A stretch of 64,000 bases of DNA from an uncultured virus (IMG/VR IMGVR_UViG_3300020220_000032) (Duplodnaviria > Heunggongvirae > Uroviricota > Caudoviricetes): positions 1 to 64,000 of IMG/VR virus record IMGVR_UViG_3300020220_000032, one strand, 5' to 3'. Below, piece after piece: positions 18,811 to 28,784 of the stretch (its first letter is position 1; each line of letters starts with the position of its first letter). The translations under genes and the position numbers were made by a program. The notes beneath the pieces are model-generated. The model was not told where the DNA came from. It searched no databases and saw only the letters and a list, made by a program, of their open reading frames with translations.

Positions 18811-20808
18811 TTAAAGTGTTCCACTTCCGTCCATTTTCAATCTGGCTGCAGTATGTAATGTGGTTTCCCACATACCACCAGATATTTTATGTTCAATTTT
18901 TGTAATAACAAATACTAATTTATTATCAACATAAGTTTTCGGGACAAGATTTGTTGATATTACATCACCAAACCTAAATCCACTAACGCCATCTATCGTT
19001 ATAGAAAAATCAACTGGATATAATGCCATATTTAACCAATGTGCATTTCCAGGACTTGTGGACATTTTTTTTAATTTTGCCAAATTTCCTCTAAACGCCT
19101 CACACCATGCATCATTGAATCCTGTTTTTGAAAAATTTTCAACCGCCTTTACTAATTTTTGTTGAACTGCCGCTGCATCGCCTCCAGACGCTGCATCTGC
19201 CTTTACTTCTATATTTGCAGGTTTATTTGCACCACGAGCTTTAACATAAGCAGCCGCTGCCATTGGTGCAGGTGGTTTTGACGATATATTAACATTCTTT
19301 ATCAGTGGTCTATAAATATCTGCAGTAAATTTTAATGGTGTAACTTTATTCGTATGAGTTGATGATAAATTTGAATCTTCTATTGAAAGAATACACACTG
19401 CCAATTTACCATCAGCGTTTCCATCAAAATTGCTCGGTGGTTCGCATAAAACTGGTGATAATTGATACATTTCTCCAGAAGCAACATTTATTCTTTTCAA
19501 TAATGTTTCAAACCAATTTGTTAAGTTTTTATAGAAAACATTTGCAGAATTTTCTTGAATAAAATTTTTGAAAGTTTCTTTTATGTAGTCTGTTCCAATC
19601 AATATGCCGCCTATGTTTATGTCATTTCCATTGACAAATGCAGCATCTTTATACTGTGGTACACAGTCTCCGTATTTTCCCATAACAGCTGAATCAGGAA
19701 ATACAACATCAATTGGAAATGCAGACTGTATTGGTAATTTTTGTGTTATATTACCTTCAACCGCGACTTTGAATACTTTTCCCAAACCACCGCCGCCACC
19801 TTCAAATTTTTCTATTATCTTATTTGCGAAATCAACAAGACTATAAACATTCACATACCAAAATGGTTTAACAGCAGCTGATTCAGGCGGTGGTGGTGGT
19901 GGATCTGGGTTTTCAACTTCATCCTCCTCACCATCGGATTCTTGATACGGCCATGCAATTCCAACATAGTCTAACATTTTGCTAACCGTGTTACCAGCAG
20001 CAAGATCAAATACTTCTCCTGCAGCAGCAGGAACCCAAGTTGGTATACCAGCTCCACCTGATGAATCTGGCGGTGGAGTTGGCACATCTCCATCAGTTCC
20101 TGCTGCTCCCTCTTCTTTTCCAGTTCCTAAATCTGCATCAATAATAGATGCCAAATTATTTCCTTCAACAACAACTTTTGCTGGATCTGTTACTTCACCA
20201 GCAGCACCTTCCTCTGATTTTGTTGATTGATCTCCAGAAGCACCAACTGCAATAGTTGCGGCCGATACAATAGATATTGTTGCTGATAATGATAAGTCTA
20301 CATTGAATGACCAATTGAAATTACTTATTATTCCAGTAAATGCCTGTTTACAGGCAGGACCACCATAGCTCCATCCCCAAGACATTTTAACTTCTTTTCC
20401 TGGAACAAAATATGCACTATCAACCCCTTTCATAGAAAATCCACCAGCACTTATTTCCGGCCAAAATGAAAATGCAAAGTTTCCTCGTAAAAGAGATCCA
20501 ATTGTTCCATCATTAGTTACATCAATAGACGTTAATAAAGGAAATCTTGGCAAATTATTTGAGTTGTATAATTTTAATGCACCACTTTTATCACTCATAA
20601 CTCTGTCACCTGGAAATCCAAGAGGAATGCCCCCACCAACAACATGACCATATGCGGTTTTTCCATATGACCATTCTACTGCTTTTGTATTTTTTCCACC
20701 ACGAACTCTAGTTCCTACCTGTGTTGCTCTAGCAGCCAATTCACCCTTTACACTTCCACCAACATTATGATAAAAGGGATTATCATATCCACTACTCCAT
20801 TTTGGCAT
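18811..20808 (-). CDS. Putative baseplate hub protein (gp27/VgrG-hub-like)
   Basis: N-terminal PG..V.MSWGW...GIISNFNWS and C-terminal SITIDGVSGFRFGD...FVITKIEHKISGGMWETTL beta-barrel signatures; position after the LysM gene. Confidence 0.6.
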   Translation of the reverse strand: MPKWSSGYDNPFYHNVGGSVKGELAARATQVGTRVRGGKNTKAVEWSYGKTAYGHVVGGGIPLGFPGDRVMSDKSGALKLYNSNNLPRFPLLTSIDVTNDGTIGSLLRGNFAFSFWPEISAGGFSMKGVDSAYFVPGKEVKMSWGWSYGGPACKQAFTGIISNFNWSFNVDLSLSATISIVSAATIAVGASGDQSTKSEEGAAGEVTDPAKVVVEGNNLASIIDADLGTGKEEGAAGTDGDVPTPPPDSSGGAGIPTWVPAAAGEVFDLAAGNTVSKMLDYVGIAWPYQESDGEEDEVENPDPPPPPPESAAVKPFWYVNVYSLVDFANKIIEKFEGGGGGLGKVFKVAVEGNITQKLPIQSAFPIDVVFPDSAVMGKYGDCVPQYKDAAFVNGNDINIGGILIGTDYIKETFKNFIQENSANVFYKNLTNWFETLLKRINVASGEMYQLSPVLCEPPSNFDGNADGKLAVCILSIEDSNLSSTHTNKVTPLKFTADIYRPLIKNVNISSKPPAPMAAAAYVKARGANKPANIEVKADAASGGDAAAVQQKLVKAVENFSKTGFNDAWCEAFRGNLAKLKKMSTSPGNAHWLNMALYPVDFSITIDGVSGFRFGDVISTNLVPKTYVDNKLVFVITKIEHKISGGMWETTLHTAARLKMDGSGTL

Positions 20809-20814
20809 AAAATA

Positions 20815-21150
20815 TTATCTCCAATTATTGTAACCATCTAATAAGGAAGCTATACCGGTATCTTCTTGATAATACGGTATTCTTATCACTAATCCAGCAG
20901 GAACATCAAGACTACCTTTACCTAAATTATTTGCCTTAGCAATAACAAACCACAATGATTCATCATTATAGTATTCTTTTGCCAATATATCCAATCTGTC
21001 ACCTTCTTGTGAAAGAATTTGTGTATCTTCCGCTTTATTAAAATTTGGATAAAAAACAGTAGATAGTCTTCTGACGAATTTATTTATTCCGTCAGATTCT
21101 ATCTTTCTAGCATTTTGAACAATATATGTTCCACCATATCTTTTTGACAT
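20815..21150 (-). CDS. Baseplate LysM-like protein (gp53 / tail protein X-like)
   Basis: GDRLDILAKEYYNDESLWFVIAKANNL...GLVIRIP. Confidence 0.8.
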   Translation of the reverse strand: MSKRYGGTYIVQNARKIESDGINKFVRRLSTVFYPNFNKAEDTQILSQEGDRLDILAKEYYNDESLWFVIAKANNLGKGSLDVPAGLVIRIPYYQEDTGIASLLDGYNNWR

Positions 21151-21272
21151 AATTCCTCTTATGTAAATGATTTCAATATCACTTTAATAAATATCTATAC
21201 TGTATTATTTACCATTTATTTCTTCTTCTTTCCTTTCTTTTTCTTTTTGGAATTAGTAGCAGGAGTTTCAAT

Positions 21273-24200
21273 TCATGGCGTGTTACCAACTTGTGCATTA
21301 GCAGCATTCGCTTGTTCTAAAGCATCCGCTTGTGTTTGATCCATAGCAGTCCCAGCAAGCATAGAATCTAATTGATCTGATGTATTACCAGACGGATATG
21401 TTCCTGGATCTGGTACATTTATAGGTTCTTCTGGTCTTGCCAAACTAAATCCACCGGTATTTTGCTGTTGACCAGTTAAATTTGGAACCAAATTCTGTGC
21501 ACTAACATCAGGATTTGTTCCTGTTGCAGCCGGAAGGTTTGCATTAGGAGTTCCTGTTTGTGGAACATTTGTTGAACCACCATTTTGTTGATTTGCGGCA
21601 TCGCCTGTTCTTACTTCTTCTTTCGCAACAAAACCAACATCGCCTATTGTATCTTTTTGAGTATCTTCTCTTGCTGTTTCATCAACAACTGGAATTTGTG
21701 TTTCTGTTTCTGGCATTGGTGATGACAATTGAGTATCATCCAATTCAGGAACACTCTGTAAATCTTCTGATGCATCAAAAGCTCTGAAGTAATTTACTTT
21801 GTTTGCCGCCTTCGGTAAAAGTCCTGTTTCCAGTGTAGCATCACTATCATCATATAGTGAATACATAACACCATTATATTCTGGTCTGTAAACACCAACC
21901 GGAGTAAATCCAACAGAAACTTCTATTGTTTTTGGTAATTGTAAAACGCCAGGATTTGATAAATTCAAATTACCGGCTTTAACATTTGATTTTCTATCGC
22001 CTTCAAGGTGTGCAGTTTCCCATGTAGTTCCAACATTGTCAAAACTATATGATAATGAACTTATGAAACCTGGCATTTTTCTATACAAATGACCTATATT
22101 CAAACGAATCATAGGTCCACGAATTAGTCCACCCTTTGTATATTCGGGTGCAGTCCATGACGATAAAAAGTTCAATTTACGCCACGATGCTTTCATTTCA
22201 TCGCGAGATCCAATATGAACAACAAATCCAAAATTTATATTTCTTTCATATCCATCATAAACATAGAGTGGATCTCCTCTACCCATATATTTTACAGGAT
22301 TCCATTTTGGATTATGACTTTCATTTATATTATTAAAAGTTGCTCTAAATGCTATTATTTCTGCAGGACGATTTACTCCACCGGATGCAATTTTCAAACC
22401 GGTGAAATAAAATTCAATCATATCATTTGTACCTGGAATAGATTCATTATTATATTTTCCCTTTTCATATACCAAATCGGTTGTTATATTTTTTGATACT
22501 TTTCTGTAATCCAATATGTTTATCCTATCTCCTCTGAATTGACGACCTGGTTTTAATTTTGCTATTCCAGATTGTGTTTTTGAATCTTTAACATAAAGCA
22601 AATTTGTAATTGCCGGTATATTTCTTTGAGAACCTGGTTCACCATGTGCACCCAAACCGAAATACTTTTCCAAATTTCTAGAGTGAAATTTAGCAAATCT
22701 TGGATCAGATACAAAGTATTCTTTATCTGCTGTATCTGGAACAGTTGTTACTTGACCGTCTGATCCTGTAACTTGGCTTGCTGATCCACCGGCATATACA
22801 TCCCATCTAAAATCATTATATTTTCTAAATCTGTTTGGAACACTTGGATCTGCTTTTTTCAAATTACTATATGTTGCAGTTAAATACTTTTTTAATGGAT
22901 TTAATTCATCCGGAGATGATTGATTTATTTTTTCATTAGGAATAGTTGCAACACCTGCATTTACAAAATCTGTTCTACGAACTCTATCTACTATTGTTCT
23001 TCTTGAAGGATCGTAAGGATCCAATTGTTTAATTCTTTGTATAGACTGATTTTGTAATTTTATAGGACTTGGTAAAATAGTTGATGGCGAAGAAGATTCT
23101 TCTAACGGTCCATTTAATATCTCTGATAATTTTCTTATTGAACCAAAAACCTTTTTATCCGTTTCAATAAAATCATTTACTATTTCTTGCGAGTATGTAT
23201 TACTATCCTCACCAGTAAAATCTGTATAACTATAATACTGATTTCTTCTGGCGGTTAAAGGAAATTTTGGATTTTTACCGCTTGTTATACTCCAAGGTGG
23301 TGCAGTGTATGCACTTGTTGGTGTGCTCGTTGATGGTCCACCTGTTGGTGAAGTTGCTGCTGGAGCGCCATTTGTTGGTGGTGTTCCAGTAGTTGATACA
23401 GTAGCACCTGCACCTGGAGGTGGAGTTGTTGTGCTTGGAGCAGTTGGACCATATTCTGACGGTGCAGCAGCAGTATTAACTATATCTGATTCAGGAAGAA
23501 GTGGACTTGTGCTATAATAAACTAAATGTGGATGTCTTGATTTTCTTATTGTAGTTCCACCAATTCCTAATGGAGCATTGGGTCCTCCAAAATTACTAGA
23601 TATTCTGCCTATGTTTGGTTCTAATGAATTATCCCGTGATACATTTGTCACCGGTTGAAAGGAATTTGGTAATAATTCTTTCATCAAACCGATCAATCTG
23701 TTGTAGTCTGTTTGATCACCGTCACCGTCTGGTGTTTCTAATGATTTCCAAATATCAGATGTTGGATCCGGCCAAGACTTATATTCACGAATTTTTGTTG
23801 TATCTTCATATTTGTTTAATTGAGCAGAATCAATTGCACCCAAAATACTATGTCTTGGTATTCTCAAACCAATTGGTGATCCACCAACATTTGCAATCAA
23901 AGCAAGTGGATTGTATATTTGTGTTGGAGACATACCTAATGTTGTAATTGATGAAAGTGTGTCTATAATGCCTTGAGAAGGTCTAGTATCTACGCTTGGA
24001 TTCATCAATTGTAAACCGACTTGTTTTGCAAGAAATAACAATCCTTTTGCAGATAATAAAAACTTACCTATACGGAAAACATCCTGAACTATTCTTTCCG
24101 CAGCAGTAACCGCACCACCCCTAACGAGACCTTCATCAAATCCTATTCCAAATCCCCATCGTTGTCCTATATCTCTTAAAACATATGGTTGATCAAAACC

Positions 24201-27200
24201 AAAATCTTTATTGTATGAATCATCCCTTAAATTAAATTTAGTATATTGAACATCAAGTGGTGTTGGTGATTTTTTTGTAATTGCCCATTTTGCCAAATAA
24301 CCTTTACTTTCCGTAACATCTTTCATTGTTTTTGCATACGGGTTGCCATAATAACTCGGTTCAGCATTAACTTTTGAGTCAGGAACTTGATTTGTTAGTG
24401 ATGCTAGAACACCAGCGGATGACCATGACTTTTTAGCAAAAGTTACAGGTGCATATTTTTCTCTATCGGATATTGATATTCCACCGGCTGATCTTTTAAT
24501 TTCTAATCCTGTTCTAGATCCTGGATCAGAATTGTAAACTAATTCTGGTTTTATTATTGGATAAAGCGTCTCTGCAAAAGAGTTCATCTTAACCATAAAT
24601 CCACTTTTTTCAAATGGAGTAAAACCAAAGAAATTAGTTGTAGGTTTATCATTTACAGGTGATTTATTAGGACCACTTTCCGTTGATAATGATGAATAAC
24701 CCGAAGAAAGTTGTGTATTTGCCTTATTATCAAAAAATGTTACAAACCCTGCATCCGCAGTTGTGTTACGACCTACACCATTTGGATTTGGTATACTATT
24801 TCTTACAATTGGTCCTATTCCAAAATACTTAACATTTGGTGCCTCAGACCTAGCACCTTTCCAATTATAGTTTCCAAAATCTGGAGTATAAAATGTTTGA
24901 TATAAAGCACTTAATGTTTTGAAACCCTGACCAGCTTCATCTGTAATATAATCAACATTTGGTGCTTCAGATCTACCACCTTTCCAAGTAAACAAACTAC
25001 TTTCGGAATTATATTTACTTTCAAGTAATGGTGGAAACAGTCCAAATCCAGGTGCATTTTGATTTACAAAATAATCAACTGCAGGAGCATTGCTTCTTGC
25101 TCCCTTAAATGTAAATTGTGATATGTCTTGGGTATATTCGGATGCAAGTGGTGCAGCAAAAGTTGTAAAACCACCACCTTGATCATTAACCAAAAAATTT
25201 ACTGCGGGAGCAGCATCTCTACCACCTTTCCACGTAAATTCACTAATATCTTCGGTGTATTCACTTTCAAGTTTTGGGGCTTTTAATGTAAAACCTTTGT
25301 TGTAACTATCGGGAAAATAGTTCACCGGAATAGGTTGGCTACCCTTAAAAGTAAATTTTGAAATATCTTTTTTATATTCGGACTCTAATGCCTTTGGGAA
25401 TTTTGTAAAACCAGGTGCACTTTCATTTCCAAAAAAATCAACAGTCTTTGCGGCATCTCTGCCTCCATTCCAATCGAACTCTGATGAATCTTTTACATAT
25501 TTTGTTTGTAATTTTTCAGCTTTTCTATGAAATCCAGCAGTTGTAAATTTTCCAGCTTTATCAAAATAATTTACTTCCGGTGCAGAACCAGGACCGCCAT
25601 CCCAATCAAATTCAGAAGATTCTTTTATGTATTTTGTATCAAGTTTTTCAGCTAAACGATGGAATCCTTTTGTGGTAAATTTACCACCTATATCGAAATA
25701 GTTTACTTCTGGTGCAGAACTACGACCACCATCCCAATCAAATTCAGAAGATTCTTTTATGTATTTTGTATCAAACTTTTGAGCTAATCTATGGAATCCA
25801 ATAGTCGTAAATTTACCAGGCAAATCAAAATAATTAACTTCTGGAGATTGACTTCTTCCACCATCCCAATCAAATTCAGAAGATTCTTTTATGTATTTTG
25901 TATCAAACTTTTGTGCAAAAGTATGAAAACCTACGGTGGAATGTCTACTATTTAGGTCAAAATAGTTTACAGCAGGAGCATCTAATCTAAATCCATCCCA
26001 ATCAAATTCAGAAGATTCTTTTATGTATTTTGTATCAAACTTTTGTGCAAAAGTATGAAAACCAACTGTTGTATTTTTTCCAGTTAAATCAAAATAATTT
26101 ATTGCAGGAGCATCTGATCTAAATCCATCCCAATTAAATTGAGAAGAATCCTTTATGTATTTTGATATTTGAAATTGAGTAAATGTATTAAAACCTTCTG
26201 TTGTGTGTTGTTTCAATAAATCTAAATAATTTACAGCAGGTGCCTGACTTCTATCACCATTCCAATCATATATTGAAGACTCTGGAATATATTTGGTTAT
26301 ACCTAATTGAGAAAATTTGTGAAAACCCTCTGTTGTATTTTTTACAGTCAAATCAAAATAATTTACAGTTGGTGCATTATCTCTAGTTCCATCCCAATCA
26401 TATATTGAAGAATCTGGAATATATTTTGTTTCCAATGATTGTGCAAGTATATGAAAACCCACATTTGTATTTTTTGTAGTTAAATCAAAATAGTTTACGG
26501 CAGGTGCAGTAGTTCTGTCTCCATCCCAATCATAGATAGAAGTTTCTGGAATATATTTTGAATCATACAATTGAGCAAATGTTTGAAAACCAGCATTTGT
26601 ATTTTGTGATGTCAAATCAAAATAATTTATTGCAGGTGCTGATCCTCTATCCCCATCCCAATCATGTATAGAAGTTTCTGGAATATATTTTGAATCATAC
26701 AATTGAGCAAATGTATGAAATCCAGTATTAGTATTTTGCCCCTCTCTATCAAAATAGTTTACAGCAGGTGCACTTGTGACTACCCCTTTCCAAGTAAAAT
26801 CTGATGAATCTGCAATATATTTTGAATCATACAATTGAGCAAGTCTACCGAATCCAAGTGTTGTATATTTGTTTGTAATATCAAAATAATTTACTTCTGG
26901 AGAACTTGCACCATTTCCATCCCAATCGTGAACCGAAGATTCCATGATATATTTTGTATCATACAATTGTGGAAATCTATTAAATCCAGATGTTGTATTT
27001 AATTTTTTTATATCAAAGAAATCTACTTCAGGAGCACTATCAGATTTTCCAGTCCAAGCAAATATAGAACTATCTGGTTTATATTCTGTCTCATACTGTA
27101 ATGCAAAAGTTGTAAAACCACTAGTTGTAAACTTTGAATTTTGATCAAAGAAATCTGTTTGTGGTATATTTGCAAAACTAAACTTTGAAGAATTTGGAAT

Positions 27201-28739
27201 ATACTCTGAAACATTTGGTTGAGCAAATGTTGTAAATCCAGTTGCATTATCATCTACCATAAAACTAACTGCTGGAGCAGCAGCAGTTTTACCATTCCAC
27301 CCATATATTGAAGATCCAATTATTTTACTATCACCTATTTGTTGTCTTGCTGTAAAACCAACTACATTATTATTCTGAAAGAAATTTACTTCTTGTGTTC
27401 CAATTACAGAAAATTTTGATACTGATGGATCTTCATTTCTTCCAGATGGATTTGTCTTTTGAATAGAATCTATATTGTAAATGGTATTATCTTCAAGTTG
27501 TATTGATTGTAAATCATATTTTATAGTATCAACAATTTGTGATGGAGACATTTCCATCAATCTTGATATTGGAACATATCTCAACGGTTCATCATCAAAA
27601 TTAAGAGATGTTGTATCTTCCAATAATTTTGAAGACAAATCAACTTTCAATATCTTTGTATCTGGAATAGTAACAAAACCATCAACTGGCAATTCCGTGA
27701 GTATTTCAACAGTTTGATCAGTTCTATCTATTGATAAAGGATTTCTTTCTAATGCTATGTTTGGATTGATAACATTATTTATCGGTGAAAACAAATCAGA
27801 ATTTATTACAACAGATTGTGCAGATAAGTCTGCAAATAAAGGTTTTCGTATTATTAAAACATTTGGATTTTCTATATTATCCGATGCATCATCTGGATTT
27901 ATCAATAACTCCGGACTTTGTTCAGACCTATCCAATGATAAAGGTTTCCTTTGAATTTGTATATTTGGATTTTCTATATTATCCGAAGCATCATTAGGAT
28001 TTTTTGTTAATTCGGGTGATGATAATTCCAATCCTGATGTTAATTGTGAATCTTCTGGATTGACATTAGAATCATTATTATTTGTTCCATGTTGTTGTTT
28101 TTCTATTTTAATTTCAGATTTATTCAACATACTGACGAATTGTTCCTGGCGAATTTCACCAAACTTTGATGCAATTTGTTCAATGGATATTCTACTAAAA
28201 TTTAAGTCTGTGAATGTCTTGTTTATGCTAGAATACTTTGATACAGAATTTACTAAACCGTTTTCTATAACATTTTTAATAATATCATCAAACTTTGAGG
28301 TTTCCAAATAATTCTCAATAGGTTGTGTTTTGAAAGTGCGAATATCATCTAACTTTGTTGTTTCTAACCTATTTTCAATTGGGGATGTATTAAATGCCTT
28401 TGTATCATCCAATTTTGTTGAACTTAACCTATTTTCAATTGGAGATGTATTAAATGCCTTTGTATCATCAAGTTTAGTAGAACTTAATCTACTTTCTAAT
28501 GATTTTGTTTTGAAAGGTTTTATATCATCAAATTTTGTTTTACTAAGCAATGATGATACACTTTGGGTTTTAGGTGCAGAAATATCAGGTGACATTTCAG
28601 CCAATTTATCAGTTATTGGTTGTAATGTTGCAAAATTTTTGCCGTCTTTCGCTTTTGATGCCTCAGGAGTTATTTTATCTTCGCGTGAAACTTCGGAACG
28701 AAATTTGGATAAATCTGATCTTAAATCTACCAATGGCAT
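21273..28739 (-). CDS. 2,488-aa repeat-rich virion protein with a C-terminal tail-tube-initiator (gp48/gp54, CIS-tube-like) domain
   Basis: C-terminal FRATF..W...KYMGRGDPLYVYDGYERNINFGF...LNFL...PEY...IRLNIGHLY...GFISSLSYS; lies between the tape measure and LysM genes. Confidence 0.7.
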   Translation of the reverse strand: MPLVDLRSDLSKFRSEVSREDKITPEASKAKDGKNFATLQPITDKLAEMSPDISAPKTQSVSSLLSKTKFDDIKPFKTKSLESRLSSTKLDDTKAFNTSPIENRLSSTKLDDTKAFNTSPIENRLETTKLDDIRTFKTQPIENYLETSKFDDIIKNVIENGLVNSVSKYSSINKTFTDLNFSRISIEQIASKFGEIRQEQFVSMLNKSEIKIEKQQHGTNNNDSNVNPEDSQLTSGLELSSPELTKNPNDASDNIENPNIQIQRKPLSLDRSEQSPELLINPDDASDNIENPNVLIIRKPLFADLSAQSVVINSDLFSPINNVINPNIALERNPLSIDRTDQTVEILTELPVDGFVTIPDTKILKVDLSSKLLEDTTSLNFDDEPLRYVPISRLMEMSPSQIVDTIKYDLQSIQLEDNTIYNIDSIQKTNPSGRNEDPSVSKFSVIGTQEVNFFQNNNVVGFTARQQIGDSKIIGSSIYGWNGKTAAAPAVSFMVDDNATGFTTFAQPNVSEYIPNSSKFSFANIPQTDFFDQNSKFTTSGFTTFALQYETEYKPDSSIFAWTGKSDSAPEVDFFDIKKLNTTSGFNRFPQLYDTKYIMESSVHDWDGNGASSPEVNYFDITNKYTTLGFGRLAQLYDSKYIADSSDFTWKGVVTSAPAVNYFDREGQNTNTGFHTFAQLYDSKYIPETSIHDWDGDRGSAPAINYFDLTSQNTNAGFQTFAQLYDSKYIPETSIYDWDGDRTTAPAVNYFDLTTKNTNVGFHILAQSLETKYIPDSSIYDWDGTRDNAPTVNYFDLTVKNTTEGFHKFSQLGITKYIPESSIYDWNGDRSQAPAVNYLDLLKQHTTEGFNTFTQFQISKYIKDSSQFNWDGFRSDAPAINYFDLTGKNTTVGFHTFAQKFDTKYIKESSEFDWDGFRLDAPAVNYFDLNSRHSTVGFHTFAQKFDTKYIKESSEFDWDGGRSQSPEVNYFDLPGKFTTIGFHRLAQKFDTKYIKESSEFDWDGGRSSAPEVNYFDIGGKFTTKGFHRLAEKLDTKYIKESSEFDWDGGPGSAPEVNYFDKAGKFTTAGFHRKAEKLQTKYVKDSSEFDWNGGRDAAKTVDFFGNESAPGFTKFPKALESEYKKDISKFTFKGSQPIPVNYFPDSYNKGFTLKAPKLESEYTEDISEFTWKGGRDAAPAVNFLVNDQGGGFTTFAAPLASEYTQDISQFTFKGARSNAPAVDYFVNQNAPGFGLFPPLLESKYNSESSLFTWKGGRSEAPNVDYITDEAGQGFKTLSALYQTFYTPDFGNYNWKGARSEAPNVKYFGIGPIVRNSIPNPNGVGRNTTADAGFVTFFDNKANTQLSSGYSSLSTESGPNKSPVNDKPTTNFFGFTPFEKSGFMVKMNSFAETLYPIIKPELVYNSDPGSRTGLEIKRSAGGISISDREKYAPVTFAKKSWSSAGVLASLTNQVPDSKVNAEPSYYGNPYAKTMKDVTESKGYLAKWAITKKSPTPLDVQYTKFNLRDDSYNKDFGFDQPYVLRDIGQRWGFGIGFDEGLVRGGAVTAAERIVQDVFRIGKFLLSAKGLLFLAKQVGLQLMNPSVDTRPSQGIIDTLSSITTLGMSPTQIYNPLALIANVGGSPIGLRIPRHSILGAIDSAQLNKYEDTTKIREYKSWPDPTSDIWKSLETPDGDGDQTDYNRLIGLMKELLPNSFQPVTNVSRDNSLEPNIGRISSNFGGPNAPLGIGGTTIRKSRHPHLVYYSTSPLLPESDIVNTAAAPSEYGPTAPSTTTPPPGAGATVSTTGTPPTNGAPAATSPTGGPSTSTPTSAYTAPPWSITSGKNPKFPLTARRNQYYSYTDFTGEDSNTYSQEIVNDFIETDKKVFGSIRKLSEILNGPLEESSSPSTILPSPIKLQNQSIQRIKQLDPYDPSRRTIVDRVRRTDFVNAGVATIPNEKINQSSPDELNPLKKYLTATYSNLKKADPSVPNRFRKYNDFRWDVYAGGSASQVTGSDGQVTTVPDTADKEYFVSDPRFAKFHSRNLEKYFGLGAHGEPGSQRNIPAITNLLYVKDSKTQSGIAKLKPGRQFRGDRINILDYRKVSKNITTDLVYEKGKYNNESIPGTNDMIEFYFTGLKIASGGVNRPAEIIAFRATFNNINESHNPKWNPVKYMGRGDPLYVYDGYERNINFGFVVHIGSRDEMKASWRKLNFLSSWTAPEYTKGGLIRGPMIRLNIGHLYRKMPGFISSLSYSFDNVGTTWETAHLEGDRKSNVKAGNLNLSNPGVLQLPKTIEVSVGFTPVGVYRPEYNGVMYSLYDDSDATLETGLLPKAANKVNYFRAFDASEDLQSVPELDDTQLSSPMPETETQIPVVDETAREDTQKDTIGDVGFVAKEEVRTGDAANQQNGGSTNVPQTGTPNANLPAATGTNPDVSAQNLVPNLTGQQQNTGGFSLARPEEPINVPDPGTYPSGNTSDQLDSMLAGTAMDQTQADALEQANAANAQVGNTP
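24820..27390 (-). repeat. About 20 tandem ~44-aa (132-bp) coding repeats, consensus ~YIKESSEFDWDGxRxxAPxVNYFDLxxKxTTxGFHxFAQKxDTK
   Basis: CCCAAT anchors at 25601, 25733, 25865 and 25997 (period 132); 20 recurring GF motifs counted in the translation. Confidence 0.95.
27715..28020 (-). repeat. Three ~34-aa coding repeats (SPELxxNPxDASDNIENPNxxIxRKPL)
   Basis: Visible in translation; TTTGGATTTTCTATATTATCCGA occurs twice 102 bp apart. Confidence 0.8.
28280..28560 (-). repeat. About five 20-aa (60-bp) coding repeats (LSSTKLDDTKAFNTSPIENR)
   Basis: GATGTATTAAATGCCTTTGTATCATC repeated 60 bp apart at ~28384 and ~28444. Confidence 0.9.
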
Positions 28740-28784
28740 TACTTTTCCTATTTGTTTACTATAAATATAAAAATTGATAGATTG

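Noticed and set aside
24820..27390. 132-bp repeats as a CRISPR array or DGR template/variable repeats
   Set aside because: They are in-frame coding repeats whose intervening parts are also homologous. No cas or reverse transcriptase gene is in the window, and no adenine-specific pattern is evident.
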